Assembly (NCBI GenBank): GCA_001179505.1
Contig: CDMY01000439.1
Location: 12,272 to 76,271, forward strand
DNA: 64,000 nucleotides
Origin: Vitrella brassicaformis CCMP3155
Taxonomy: Eukaryota > Protista > Chromerida
Reading direction: 5' to 3'
A program made the translations under genes and the position numbers. The notes below the pieces were generated by a model. It saw nothing but the letters and a program-made list of their open reading frames with translations. It was not told the origin of the DNA and searched no databases. Positions 37,601 through 50,000 of this stretch are shown piece after piece; the stretch's first letter is position 1; each line of letters opens with the position of its first letter.

Positions 37601-40600
37601 AGTGCTCGTGGAAGGCCTGAAACACCATCTCCTGCAAGGACGGTACGCTCGACTTGACCCCCGCTATGATGGACCGGCGGCTCTTGGGCATGTGAGGGCC
37701 TCTGCGGGGGGTATTGGCAAACTGCGCAGCGATGCTGCCGAAACGGCGACTGCATCAGACACAGGCGAGAGATTGTGTCTCCGTGTGTGCAAGGAAGCCC
37801 TGACCTTCGTTTGGGAGTCTGCATGGCCACCGCGGGATTGATGGTGGCCTCCATCTCCTGCCGGGCCTGGCTGAACTGCACCGCCACCAGCCTTAGATCG
37901 ATGCCCTGCTCGAGGCTCACTGTGATGTACTGTCTCATAAGGCGGATAGTCTGGAGCTCCTTGAGGTGGAGGGTGGCCTGTCTACCCGTTATGCGGTTGA
38001 AGGTCAGCTGCAGAGCCTGGCAGGGGTAGCTGTTGCAGCAGCAGTCGTAGCACCGACCGAAGCACTCCTCGCGCTGCTGACGGAGATACATGTCCTGTAA
38101 CCATGGGAAAGAAACAAAGGATGGCGTCGATGGATGCTCATCGATGAACATCCGTTACGGCCTTTTACTTGTCTGTATCTGGCCTCAAGCAGCCGATCAG
38201 ACAGGTGCAAGTCCACTAGGTCACTATCAGACACCTTGTGCCGCATGTCGGACCAAAAGGCGAGGAGGAGACATATAACCAACACTGCAGCAACGAAAAC
38301 AAAACACAATTCCACCTTTTCTTTCCCATTTGTTGTCAGCTCACCGCCGCCCGCCACCGCGACGAACTGTGCTGCTGCATTCTTGTTCCATGCCGCCGCA
38401 TCACCCAGCCGTTTGACTGAGCCCTCGCTGCCTTCAGCCACCGACGTCACACTGCTGTCCTCTATCACCGTACGGAACAACACACTGAACTCGCTCAGAT
38501 GATGGCATTGGCAGACCACCGCATCAGCCGTCGAGGCGTTGGTATCGACCACACAACCTACAAAGCACAACACACCTTGCATGTATACGGGACGCATGTG
38601 GTGTGTTTGTGATACCATGGTGACTGACCTTCAGCGCTCCATGCCTTGTCGCTGGTCGACCAGAACCCACATCCCACTTCATCCCGCTGCACCAGGGACC
38701 CGTTGGCAGTGAGGTTGACCACACGGGCAGCCACATTCGCCGGACGGGGTAGCGTCAGGACAGCAGGCGCCGACAGTGCGCTGCCGTCCAACTTGACCTC
38801 TTGATTGCATCTTCTCACAGCCACGGTTGATGAGCCGCCCCTGGCTGACCAGTTGGTCGTGTTGGTGTCATTCGTCTGAAAGAGCCCCTGCTCCCAGAAG
38901 ACAAGCTGGGCGGTTGGAACGGGCAATCCGCCACTGATGACAGCACAAGGATCAACTGTTCCGCCGACCTGCAGCCGCCTCACTGACAGGCGGCTTGTGT
39001 CATTCAGAGAGGGCAAGACCACCCCCAGATTGGCGTTGTCCGAGCTCGAGAGGCTCAGGCCATTCTGCGGATCCAGGAATGCGAGAGACATGTTGCAACT
39101 CTCTCCGGCCACTTCAAGCTGCTGCGAAGGGCCGCCACCGAGCGCAGAGAGAAGGACGTCACCCAATCGACCTGTGGACTCCCCAACACGCTCGGCAATC
39201 TCATATGCGCTGCTGCCGTCATGCATCAGCATCGCGTTATGTAGTTCCTGCGGTATCGCAGCTGCAGACGAGAGAAGCGCCTCGGCGGACTCGCGGACTC
39301 TGGTCTTGTCGCGGGCTGTGAGAGAAGAGGGCGCCTGCCACTCAGAGAGGGTCTGCCGCTGTTGTTGCTGCGTCTGGAGGGCGGGGAGGGACGCGGATGT
39401 CTCGACGACGCTGTCGAGGATAGACGCACTCTGTCTGGCCATCGTCGCGTCATATCTGAGCTGGCCACGGTTGTCTGAACGACAAAGGGATGGCTGGAGC
39501 GTACAAGGGCATCGAATTGGGTGGCTTACTTGATTGTCTCACGGAGCCGATGGTGACATTCAGGCTTGTTGCGGCAAGCAGGACCTCCCCTGCTGTGGTC
39601 GGCCGCGATGTGAGTCCACGCCGGCGACCCGCAAGAGTCTGAAAGAACACACATGCGTACACAGGAAGGCACACATGACTGTCACACACAGATGGATGTA
39701 CGACAGCACTCACTCTGTTGAGGCTCGCAAGCACCGTTTTGATGACTTGCTTCTCCTCTCTCTGCAGCAAAGACGGGTCCTCCGCGGCAGATGTGGCCAC
39801 GGTAATGGTCGCCAAAAGCTTGTTTTGATACTCCACAAAAGCCTCGTCGCTATCGTTTCCTGGGGTGGTGGGAGGATCCTCGTCTGGTGAGAAGATCAGG
39901 TCCTCTGCCCTCTGGATCTCTGCTTTCTCAAGCCGACTGACGTCCTGAGAGACAGCATCCAATGCAACACTGGGCTGTCTCATTGCTGCACTCAGTGCAT
40001 GACCATACCGTCACCCACCGTGAGACGATCCACGTCATCCGCGATAATGTCAAAATCCAACACTGGGGGGCTTGTGGTGGTCGAGGGGGCCTCTGTGGTC
40101 GTTGGCTGTGCACTGGTGCTGGTTGATGTGCTGGGCAAGGGTGTGGTTGTGACTTGAGCAGTGGTACTGGGATCACTCGTCGTCGTTGTTGTACTTGTGC
40201 TGGTGGTGCTGCTCTTGGTGGTTGTCGATGTGCTTGTCGTGCTGCAAAAAGGGGGACATTTCATGCCTGTGTCTCCCGCCCACACAGGCCCTCTCGCAGC
40301 TGACCTTGTTGTGGTTGCTGGGCTGGGAGTGGTTGACGGAATGACAGTCGTCACCTGACCGAGAACACACACAAACGGTGTGGCCGGTGGCTGACCGCAT
40401 TTGCGCATATGTCCCACAGGTTCAGGTGTGGTGGAGACACTCAATGGCAGAGAGGGGCCGGCTGCACAAGAAAGCGGGCATCTCACCAAAACACAGACAG
40501 GCAGTGGTATGCTGGCTCCCTCACCATAGTGCAGGGCTATGACCGCCGATCGGTTCTCCGCAGCCAGCTGGTTATCGGCGAAGTCAACAATGGCATGCGA

Positions 40601-42607
40601 TTTGTTGAATTGGAACAGGAACATACTCCCGTTCTTCAATGCTGCCTCTGTGACGTTCACATCCACCCGTAAAGCCTTCAGGGCCACAAGGGCCCTGGGC
40701 GAGCTGACGTCGGTCACACTGTAGTCGAACGCCGTGCTGTTGGCCGCCGTCATGTTGACCAGGCGCCGTAGGTCGGACACGGATCGGCGGACCAGCTCGT
40801 CGAAAATGATGTCGACGCTGAAAGAGGTCGTGTTGAACGAGGTGGCATTCTGGGCAATCCACGCATGAGGCTCGTTTACATCTGAGGAGCGGGGGCCAAA
40901 GAGGAATCTCACCAAATGCGAAAGAAAGCAGTACACAATGCAGTCAGTCCACGCCAGTGTGTCTCCCCACCGTGGACTGGGCCGCACGAAAGGAGTTCAG
41001 AGACCGCAGCGTCAGAATGCCCCTCCTTGCTGATGGCCCCCGAGTGCAGATAGCAGCCATTCGAGGAAGAGCCAACGGAGTCACTCTTGACTGTGTAGTG
41101 AGTGCAGCCGCTGAAAGCACACACATACACACACAGATGCACCCTGTTGTTTGGCGACTCTCTGGACCGGATACCTTTTGTGGTGGCACTTGAGTGCGCA
41201 GTCGAAAGGCTTGAGCACCTTGGGGTAATGATCCAGCTGAGTGGCCGTAGACCACTCCTGTCTGTCGATGCGACACCCCCTGTGAATGACCAGCGGCATC
41301 GACGGCAGGCTCCCCTGTCCATCGCTTTGCCCATCAGCCAGCCCCTCAAGAGCCATAAGCGTAAACAACCCTTTCGCAGGGGTCGGATCGATGGTGACCG
41401 TGGCTGTCATGTCACTCTCAGGCCAGTCTGCCACCGAGACGTCAGCACTTGTGGTGCCGAGCACCACAAGCCGCTCCGGTCTGAATGTGCCCTGGTCAAC
41501 TGGTACGGAGAACTTGACAGTGATGCTGAAGGATCCAGTCGAGGCGAAATCATTCACGTTAGGCACCGTCAAAGCGACAGCTGGAGCAGGGGCTGACAGA
41601 CACAAAAATTTTCTCGCCAAATGGAAGGCAATTTGTGTCTCTCGGCTTACTGCATTCGCCGGCTGGGGACGGCTCGACCTCACAAATGTAAGGCTCCGAC
41701 GAGCCACAATCTTCAGAGAGCAGAGCCGCCATGTGTCCGTGGTCGTGCTCATGTGCGTCCCAGTGGATCGCTGCGCAGTCGTAATCGCTGTCGCCGTGGG
41801 GATGGTATGGCTCCCATTCGGCCTCGTGGATGTTAGCCTGGTGGTACTCAGAGCTGGGCGTCCAGCTGCCTGGCGTCAGGATGCCCTCACGGTCTGCACG
41901 AGGGAGGGCACACAAAGGAGACACCCGTGGTCCTGTTTCTGTTTCAGTGCCCGGCCTTGCCATCCTGCTGCACCTCTCTCGGCGCCCCCGAAGTCCGGGG
42001 TAGAGGGCTCCGAGAACGACCCACTCTCGTTCTGATGCCACCAAAGAGAGGCCAGGCCAATTGATCGTCGCCACATGACGCCATCCATCCCAAGAGTGTC
42101 CTTACTCGTCTGTAGTCAACCCATATGTGGGCGTGTGATGAAGTCTGCCCCCTGATGAACTCCTGCAGCCACCACAGCTCGGCAGGGTCACTCAACGTCA
42201 CCTGCACGCGAAGGATGCATGGATGGCTCGTCGAATGAATGGCGATTTCTTGGCTTGCCTACCAGGTGGTCATAGTCTCCGGCGGCCCCTGCCACATTGC
42301 AGGCTATCTTTGCACCGTTGAAGCTCTTCTGCGGCGACGTGAACAGCTTATAGCAGCTGCAGGAGCCCTTTCGATGACGAAAACCATTCGGGCAAATGCC
42401 AGTGTGGGGCGTTGCCGTGGCCGCAAACACTCCACAGCGGAAGCCTGCAGTGCAAAAGAACAACACGAGGTGAGGCTGGGAGGGAGGGGGGCGGGTGTGT
42501 GATGGATGGATGGATGGACGGCACTTGCCATAGATAAGATACTGGCCGATGATGAGCATCGACACGCTGTAGGCCCAGAGAAGGCCCTCCAACGTCAGGA
42601 GGTCCAT
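34630..42607 (-). CDS. Polycystin-1-like receptor A: leader, C-type lectin-like domains, Ig-like domain, Thr-rich stalk, GPS, TM1, IQ motif, TM2-5 block
   Basis: CPNGF...CYKLFTSPQKSFNGAKIAC, WVDYR and DCAAIHW...EDCGSSEPYICE (CTLD-like); T-rich tract 40040-40350; CGFWSTSDKAWS..G / VCQCHHLSEFSVLF (GPS); QQAACLLIQRWWRG (IQ); RDHPLL..F...VQRTLVFGSVVLGLLLVAAFFY (PKD1 TM2-like). Last exon GMLDFAGVQLNPLELIPGV*. Confidence 0.75.
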
Positions 42608-45516
42608 GATGGCCCGCCAACTCTGATAAAGATTACTACACAAGATGGGGGGAGTGAGGGGGGAGCGTCGAGACGCGAGCTAACGCGAGAAACCCTGATG
42701 AAGGGAATTTCTTTTGTCCATCCATCCATCCCTTTTCATCCATGCGTCATCGTCGTGCGTCCAAAAGCATCCACCACACAAAGACAAAGCCGCTCACTCA
42801 CCATGCAAGCAAAGCAGTGAGTGGCCAGACAGCTAGGCACAGGCAGGCAGGCAGGTAATTAAGAAAAGCACAACCGCCACCTACCTAAATGGAGGAAGAG
42901 AGAGAGAGGGATGCCGGCAGAAGGGGGTGTGGGAAAAAGCGGTCGTCCGTCCGTCCATGATTGCTCCCGTCGTGTCGCAAAACTGCCTCCTCGCCCCAAC
43001 AGACAGCCACTCACAGCCAGCCAGCCAGCCGCCAACACGCCCACAGACAGACACCCACACTCACGCGCACACACATGTCGTGCAGCCACTCAAACAGCAG
43101 TCCCCAGGAGCGCAGTGCCATGTCACTTCGGATCGCTCACCACTGCGCCCTCATTACACACACACATCACAAGACAGACAGACAGACACACATGTATCCC
43201 TCTAGAAGTGCGGATGGACGATGGACACACCAGGATGGAAGCAGAATCTCACGACAGGTAGGTAATACAGAGGCGAGAAGAGGCTAGACGAGGAGAAAAA
43301 TCAGCGGGCGGGCGAGGCGAGAGAGAAAAATCTGTTGTTGGTCTGTCTGGTCGGCATCAGTCGTGAGGCAGTCACCCCGGAGTGGCATCCCCACCCGCCT
43401 CTCGCACAAGCACCCACACATACACAACACTCCAACGATTGGCTGGCTGGCTGGCTGGCTGGCTGAGGGGCGGGCCTGCCTTTGGGTCGCTGACAGACAT
43501 ACACGCACGTGTAGGAATGCTCTCTTCGGCTCTCTTGTGCAGGTGAGTGACCTGGGATGCCTCTCACCTCCCCGTCGCAATCCCGGATAACAACGACTGA
43601 CTCTCTCCCTCCCTCCCTCCCTCCCTCTCAACAGTGTGTATACGCATTCGATATTCGATCCAGCTGCTTTGTCCGCGCGCCCTTCCCCTGTTCCTTGAGC
43701 CCCTGCTCCTTCACGTCAGATGGCATCACTGCAGACCAAGCGCTTGGCTGCGTTGCCTGGCACGTTGGTCTCCAGCCACGGCCACCGTACGCAAAGGGCC
43801 AGGAGGCTCAAAACCACACGACTCGTCGTACGGGACGCCAGAAAAATGACAGCTCATGGTGTACGCAGCAACACGAGACGGACCCGGGCACGAGAGAGAA
43901 GTAGACGGACGACGTGGGTGGATGGATGGATGGATGGAGGTATGAACGACACGCGACGCCACCACATCACAGCACAAGAGAGTGGCAGCAGCCCGACCTG
44001 GGTGAGCCGGTCGGTCGGCGGTGTAGGCTTCGAGTGGAGTGGTGTCCGTCAGCAGCACACAAAACTCCATCGTCTCGACGACAGACACTTTGACACCCAC
44101 TATACCATGCAGACAGGCAGAGAAAAGGGAGAAACAGATAGATAGACAGACAGACGGAGGTTTCCACTCGCAGCGACAGACAAAACCGATATGTGTGTGT
44201 GCATCTAAGTATGTATGTGTGAAGGATTGGCCGGCCTGCTCCCTGGACGTCGCCGGTGCGACCCTCACCAACCTGAGAGCGAGAGGTCCCATGTGTGGGG
44301 AGAGGCACACACGGCCATCTCAGCTTCAGTCAGGAGAGGGGCGAACGAGCGATGAACCACGAGCACATGGCGGCAGTCTGACTCTTCTACATACCCAAAC
44401 CACTTTCACGCACGCACAAAGAGAGGAAGACCAGGTCACGACACGATGCCCTCAGCCACCCACACGCAGCACTCACCCCCCCACTCATCCGACCATGCCC
44501 CCCCCCCTCACTCCTTTCTCCAGCGCCTGTCTGTTGGATAAATTGCACCCATTAACATACACTCAGACAGGGATGCTGGATCGGCTCAGCAGTTCGGTTG
44601 ATCCACCAAAGGCCAGCCAGAGGTCATGTGTGTGTGGTGTGGTGTTGTGTGTGTGGATGGTTGTGGACGGACGAGGCTGTAGCCTTCCTGCACGCGTGAA
44701 TGCAGCGGATAGTCACCGGCCGAAGGTAGGGAAAGGCAGAACTCTTTTGCAAAAGCAAGGATGCGATGCGATGCACTCACACATGTGGATTGGATGGATA
44801 AAAGAGGTCGATCGCCGCTTGCACTCTTGGGCGAGAGAAGCCAGCAGCAATACAGAGAAGAAAAACCTCCTCTCTCTCTCCCTCTCCCCCTCTCGCCTCA
44901 CACACAGTACAACTTACAGGAATACCGTACGTACAGAGGAAAACGAGAACGGGCAGTAATGTTCCGTGCCTGCCCTGCAGAGAGCCAGCCCTGTGTGTGT
45001 GCGCAACCAGCTGTTGTCCCTCCGTCACGACCTGCACACGGCACCACTCACCGCCAGGACGCTGGAGTGAGTGGTCAAGTGCGCAGCTGGCAAGGGACAA
45101 CAGCCAAGTCGCACTGGGCTGGTCTGTGTAGCCTGACTGTATGGTATGGATGTGTGTGTGTATGCGCTCTGTTGGTTGACGACCATACACACACACACGC
45201 GCAGCTCTCATATGTACAGACACCAACAGAAGGATAAAAGCACTTCATTCAGTGGGTTGCCGTGTCAGTCCCTCCCCACCCTGCCCCGCCCTGCCCTGCC
45301 CCCCACGCACACACATGACATGCAAGTATAGGAAGGACACATCAGATGAACGAAAACCCTCTCATCCGTCCCTCCATCCCTCTCTGCCTCCACCCCCTCA
45401 CCTCGACTACATGCACTGCCCCCTACACCCCCACATACACTCACCCAAAGATTCTCACGCCCACCATGGCCATGGCCACCCACCCAGCCACGCCCCGCCA
45501 CGCCCCCCCACTCAGA

Positions 45517-46657
45517 TCACATGGCCTGGATGGGCGAGTCGGTCAAGGCAGACTTGTTCTTGATGACCATCCAGTCGCCCGAGAGCCGGTCGCTGTCGGC
45601 GTGTGAGATGGGGCTGTTAAAGGGGCTGGGGAGGAGGAAGGTCTTGCCGCCCTTGGACGACTTGCCGGTTGTGTGGGGGGCCATCTTGGCCTTGTTGGAC
45701 TTGCTGATCATGCCCGTCACCGACGGCAGGTCGCTGCCGTCGTCCACGTCGTAGTCACCCTCAGACGACTTGTCCTTCTCCTGACACACACACAGACATA
45801 CATACAGACAGACCGACACACATGCAGAAAGAGGCCGATGCACGATCGCCCGTCGTGTGCTCTCTCCCCTCCTCACCTTAATTTCTCCCTCGCTGACGAC
45901 GAGCCAGTCGCCCGACACGCGATCGCTGGTGGCCGACTTGGGTGTGCTTGGGAGTGAGGGCGGGGGGCTGCCGCTGGTGCTGAACATGCCCTCGTCGCCC
46001 AGGATCTGCTTGGAGATGGCCTCCGCGGAGTTGCGGAAGAAATCGGTCATGTTCTTGAGGACCTCGCCGCGGTTGGCCGACGGGCTGAGGGGCGGGCGGC
46101 GGTTGGAGGGGCTGCCGTGCTGCACCAGGTCGTTGCCTAGCGTGAAGTATGGCTTGTTGCACGCCACGCTCTTGCCCTCGCCGGACACGTCCTCGCCAGT
46201 CAGGACGATCGTCGAGTGGTGGCTCTCGCTCCCGTGCATCGACGACACGCTCCGGAAGTTGGCGCGAGGGCCGGCAGCGGGGTAGCTCGGGGCCTCAGGA
46301 CCGTTGACCTCAACCTCGCAGCAGCACGTCCTGAACACCCACAAAGACAAGAGACGTATGGCGACACGTGTCTCGTGCCCGTTTTGCCTGCCCTCCGCTC
46401 TGTGTGTCTGACCAAAGGTAGAAGCCCGGGATGGTCGCGGTGCGGGGGCGCACTTGTGACGAGTCGATGAAGGGTGCCGTGGAGGACGTGAAGAGACCCG
46501 GTGAGGGCAGCGTGGTGTTCTCGGCCCCGTCGAACCCGCTGTGTGCCGAGCCCATGTAGCTGGTCAGGTGATCTCCATCTTTGTAGTGCGCAGGCTGTTG
46601 TGGCGGCGACTGCGTGTCCAAGAGCATGGTGCTGGCCATCTCGGGGGTTGTGTCCAT
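45517..46657 (-). CDS. Ser/Pro-rich, probably disordered protein with two repeated SDRxSGDWxV[VI] motifs (Atg8-interacting-motif-like)
   Basis: Three exons joined by GT-AG introns; SDRVSGDWLVV (about 45895) and SDRLSGDWMVI (about 45562). 5' end uncertain. Confidence 0.6.
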
Positions 46658-47046
46658 GATCACACAACACAGCACACGAGCCCAACCTGCAGGACGACGC
46701 ACAAACAAGACCTCAGCGAAGCCGATGCCGCCGTGCGTATGCATCCAGGCGGTGATGCAGGGCACACCTGGCGACTCTGCCTGGCTGATCTGCCACCCCC
46801 TCCCCCTCCTCCGCCTTCCAGTGAGCCCGCCCACCTTAAAGTGTTTCTTTTTTTGGAGATGCAACGCACAGGATGGCTCTGGCTGTTGGAGAGAGTCGCA
46901 GAAGGGGAGAAGAAAGGGGTGGGGAAAGAAGAAAGTTGGTGGGGAAAGAAGAAAGTTCTGGAAAAGCTCGCATTACGAATTACGGATACCCTGACCCTAC
47001 TACCCAAAATCTCGACGTTTCATCTTCACTCCCTTCCTCCGCGTGA

Positions 47047-50000
47047 ATGCAGCGAACCGACGCCTTCCTCGCCCTGTTTGCCTTCAGTGCCCTTCTTGCT
47101 CTCACAAATGCTGCCCCCTCTGTCACGATTTCGCTTCCGGAGGGCAACGTCACCAACCAGCAGTCTGTCCCCATCGACTTCCGCTTCTCGGAGCCGGTTC
47201 GCCAGTTCAACGACTCGGCAACATTCATCGACCTCAAGTGCAAGCAGTGCAGCATTGATCTCACCGAGCTACCCGACGGGCGGTCCTTTTCGGCGACGCT
47301 GAACATCGAACACAGCGAGACGGAGGATGACCTCATCACCGTCACCCTGACCGACGCTGTCACCGACCTTGCGGGGAACCCCCTCGAGCCTACGAATGTG
47401 ACCATCGCTTTCAGTGAGCAAGGGGCCCGGCCCTGTGCATCTGGCGGCAGCGAGGGGGCACCATTTGCATTTCTGTTTCTCATGCGTGCCATGCAGGTGG
47501 AGCTATCGAGATCGAGCTGCTTTCCGATCCTGCTCTTCCGCTCTACAAAAATCAATACTTCACAAACGGGGCCACAGTCACTGCCATCCTCCGCTTCGAC
47601 ACTGACGTGGTCGATGCCGTCATCAGCTTCCAGAACGGTCTACGACTGATCGAGCCTGATGGGACCACGGTGTCTTCACAGACGCCCGTTTTCTCATCGG
47701 AATACACGGACTGTGGGGAGGCGTCAGCAAAGAAGGCGTGTCTCAATGTGACGTATACCGTGCTGACCGAGGGACTGTGGACGGTGGAGCTACCCAAGGA
47801 CAGCGTTGCTGACATGGCGGGCAACCAAAATGACAAAGTAGACATCGTCTTCTCTGTGGGTAAGTCAGAAGAGCCTGTCTGAGCAATCTGTTGCTCTGCT
47901 GTTCCATCTTGTTTTCTTGCTCAGATAGGACAGGTCCGGTGCCGCGGTTCTACTCTCTGCTTTCAGACGTGGGTCTGCCGGACATGTCCGTCTCAGTCAA
48001 TTTCCAGGAGAAGGTCACCGGAGTGACAGTCGATGATTTCACCTTCACCGGCCCACTCACGTACACCAATCTGGCTGTCAAGGAGCGGCTGGACGAGGCA
48101 TGGACCTTCTCGTTCGACGCGACGAATGAGGGGTCGACCACGATCGGGGTCGTGTGCGCCGGTAGCGATATTGTTGATGTCGCTGGGAATCCATGCGTTG
48201 ACGATGCAGAGAGCTCCATCAATCTCACCTACAGTGAGCCAATAAAGAAGCAGACAGAAGAGATATCACATCGTGCTAGATGACGAAGACCGTCTGTGTC
48301 TCGCCATTTGTAAAACAGACTCCAGTATTCTGACCTTTCTCTGGGAGGGAGGCTGGGACAAGTGGACCAACCAGCAGACATATACGCGAAATGGAACCTT
48401 TACATGGGCTGTCCAGTCGTTCCCGGTGGGCATCTTCTCTTCTGACGAGGCCACGCTTGTCGACGCCCAGCTGAATGCCGCGAAAGACGAAGTTGTTTTC
48501 ACAATGGACTTCGATCAGCCTCCAGAGGACACGACGCTAAACGCTACGCTTCTCGTCTATGGGGACATTGACGACACTGCCGGGATCACTCATCTGGTTG
48601 GTGCGCGTACACGAGTGAAGTACGACCCTTGGCCGCCCGATGCACGCATTGAGATCGAATATACGGGAGAGGGCAAGGACCCCAAGGACAAGGACTTGCC
48701 GTATTCCGTCTGTCCCCCAAACGACCTGCAACTGCGATTCTTCTTTTCTGAGGACGTCCGCGACTCGATCAGCCTCCAAGGTGCAATCGGCATCAGCGCT
48801 TCGGCGGGCGCCGAAGCCATCGCCCCCCAAGTGACAAACAACTTAGCGTCACCGCAGGCTGGCGAGTACGCAACAGAGCATACCTACACTGTGCACCTCG
48901 CTCCGGGTAATGCAAAGGCGATCAACGGATTTGTCGACTTCATTTTACCGGAAGGCTCAGTCTCCGACCGGGCTGGCAATTCAAACAGAGCAGAAAACAA
49001 GACCCTCTTCATCGGTGAGCAAGGCAGTTTATTCGTCGAGGAGAGGAAAAACATGGCTTTCTTTGCACTTAGATGGTGTTAATCCTGACTGCGCCTTGTC
49101 TCTCCTCGAGCCGGCCTCACCGGATTCGTTTGTCGTGGAAGCTGTGTCCAGCCTGGCTTGTAGCGAGACTATCAAAGACTGTCGAGATCACGCGTTCCTG
49201 CTCATCATCCTCGACCAGCAGGGCCAGCAGGTTGTCGGCACAGAGACAGAGCTCGGAATCGGGCAACACGTTGACAGGACGGAGACAGGGGAGAAGCTGC
49301 TGGTCAACAGGAAACTGCATGAGGACCAGCTGCTGAGGGTCAAGAAGAAGGCTTGCCGCGACTATGCTGGCAACCGGGGACCAGCGGCCAATATAGAAGT
49401 GGTCATACCGAAGCTCCCTCCAGGGGCGACCCTCCCTCCAGCAAGTGGGCGAGAGCACTTTTGTCCACGACCATTTTTGCCTCATTGCGCTCGCGTCTCC
49501 ATTTAGACACCTTCAGTCTGGTGAAGAACCTTACTGGGCCTGGTGGGAGAACTGACGTCTTCGACATTGATATGGAAACTGTAGGTTTTCCAAGAAGCGA
49601 GACATGTGTTCACGTCTGCGTTGCTTGTGTTTTGAAGGTTACGGATGATATCGATGCCATAAGTGACCCGGACGGCATTGCGGAAAGCGAGATCACCCGA
49701 AGTGCAGATGTGCTGTTCGAAGACCTCCCCCCTGATCTGGGCAGCGCATTCAGCCTTCACACACACAAGCTATATGCTGCAGTCACACTGGTACGCAAGG
49801 GAACGGGCCGAAGTCCCAGCCATGGAGATGACTGCATTTGAATCAGGCAAGCACAGCTAAATACAGGCCGGATGAAATTCCTGAAGGCCGGCCGCGACCC
49901 ACAGGATCGATAGGCAAAGGCGAAGAGGATGGTGATCCTGTCTATATCATGGCTCGAGACCTCTTCAGCTCGCTCATTCAGGTATGCACTCATGCACACA

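Noticed and set aside
42800-45400. Numerous 60-300 aa ORFs (e.g. 44039..44959) between the polycystin-like genes
   Set aside because: Dominated by (CA)n/(CAGA)n/(GCCA)n microsatellite translation with no recognisable domain.
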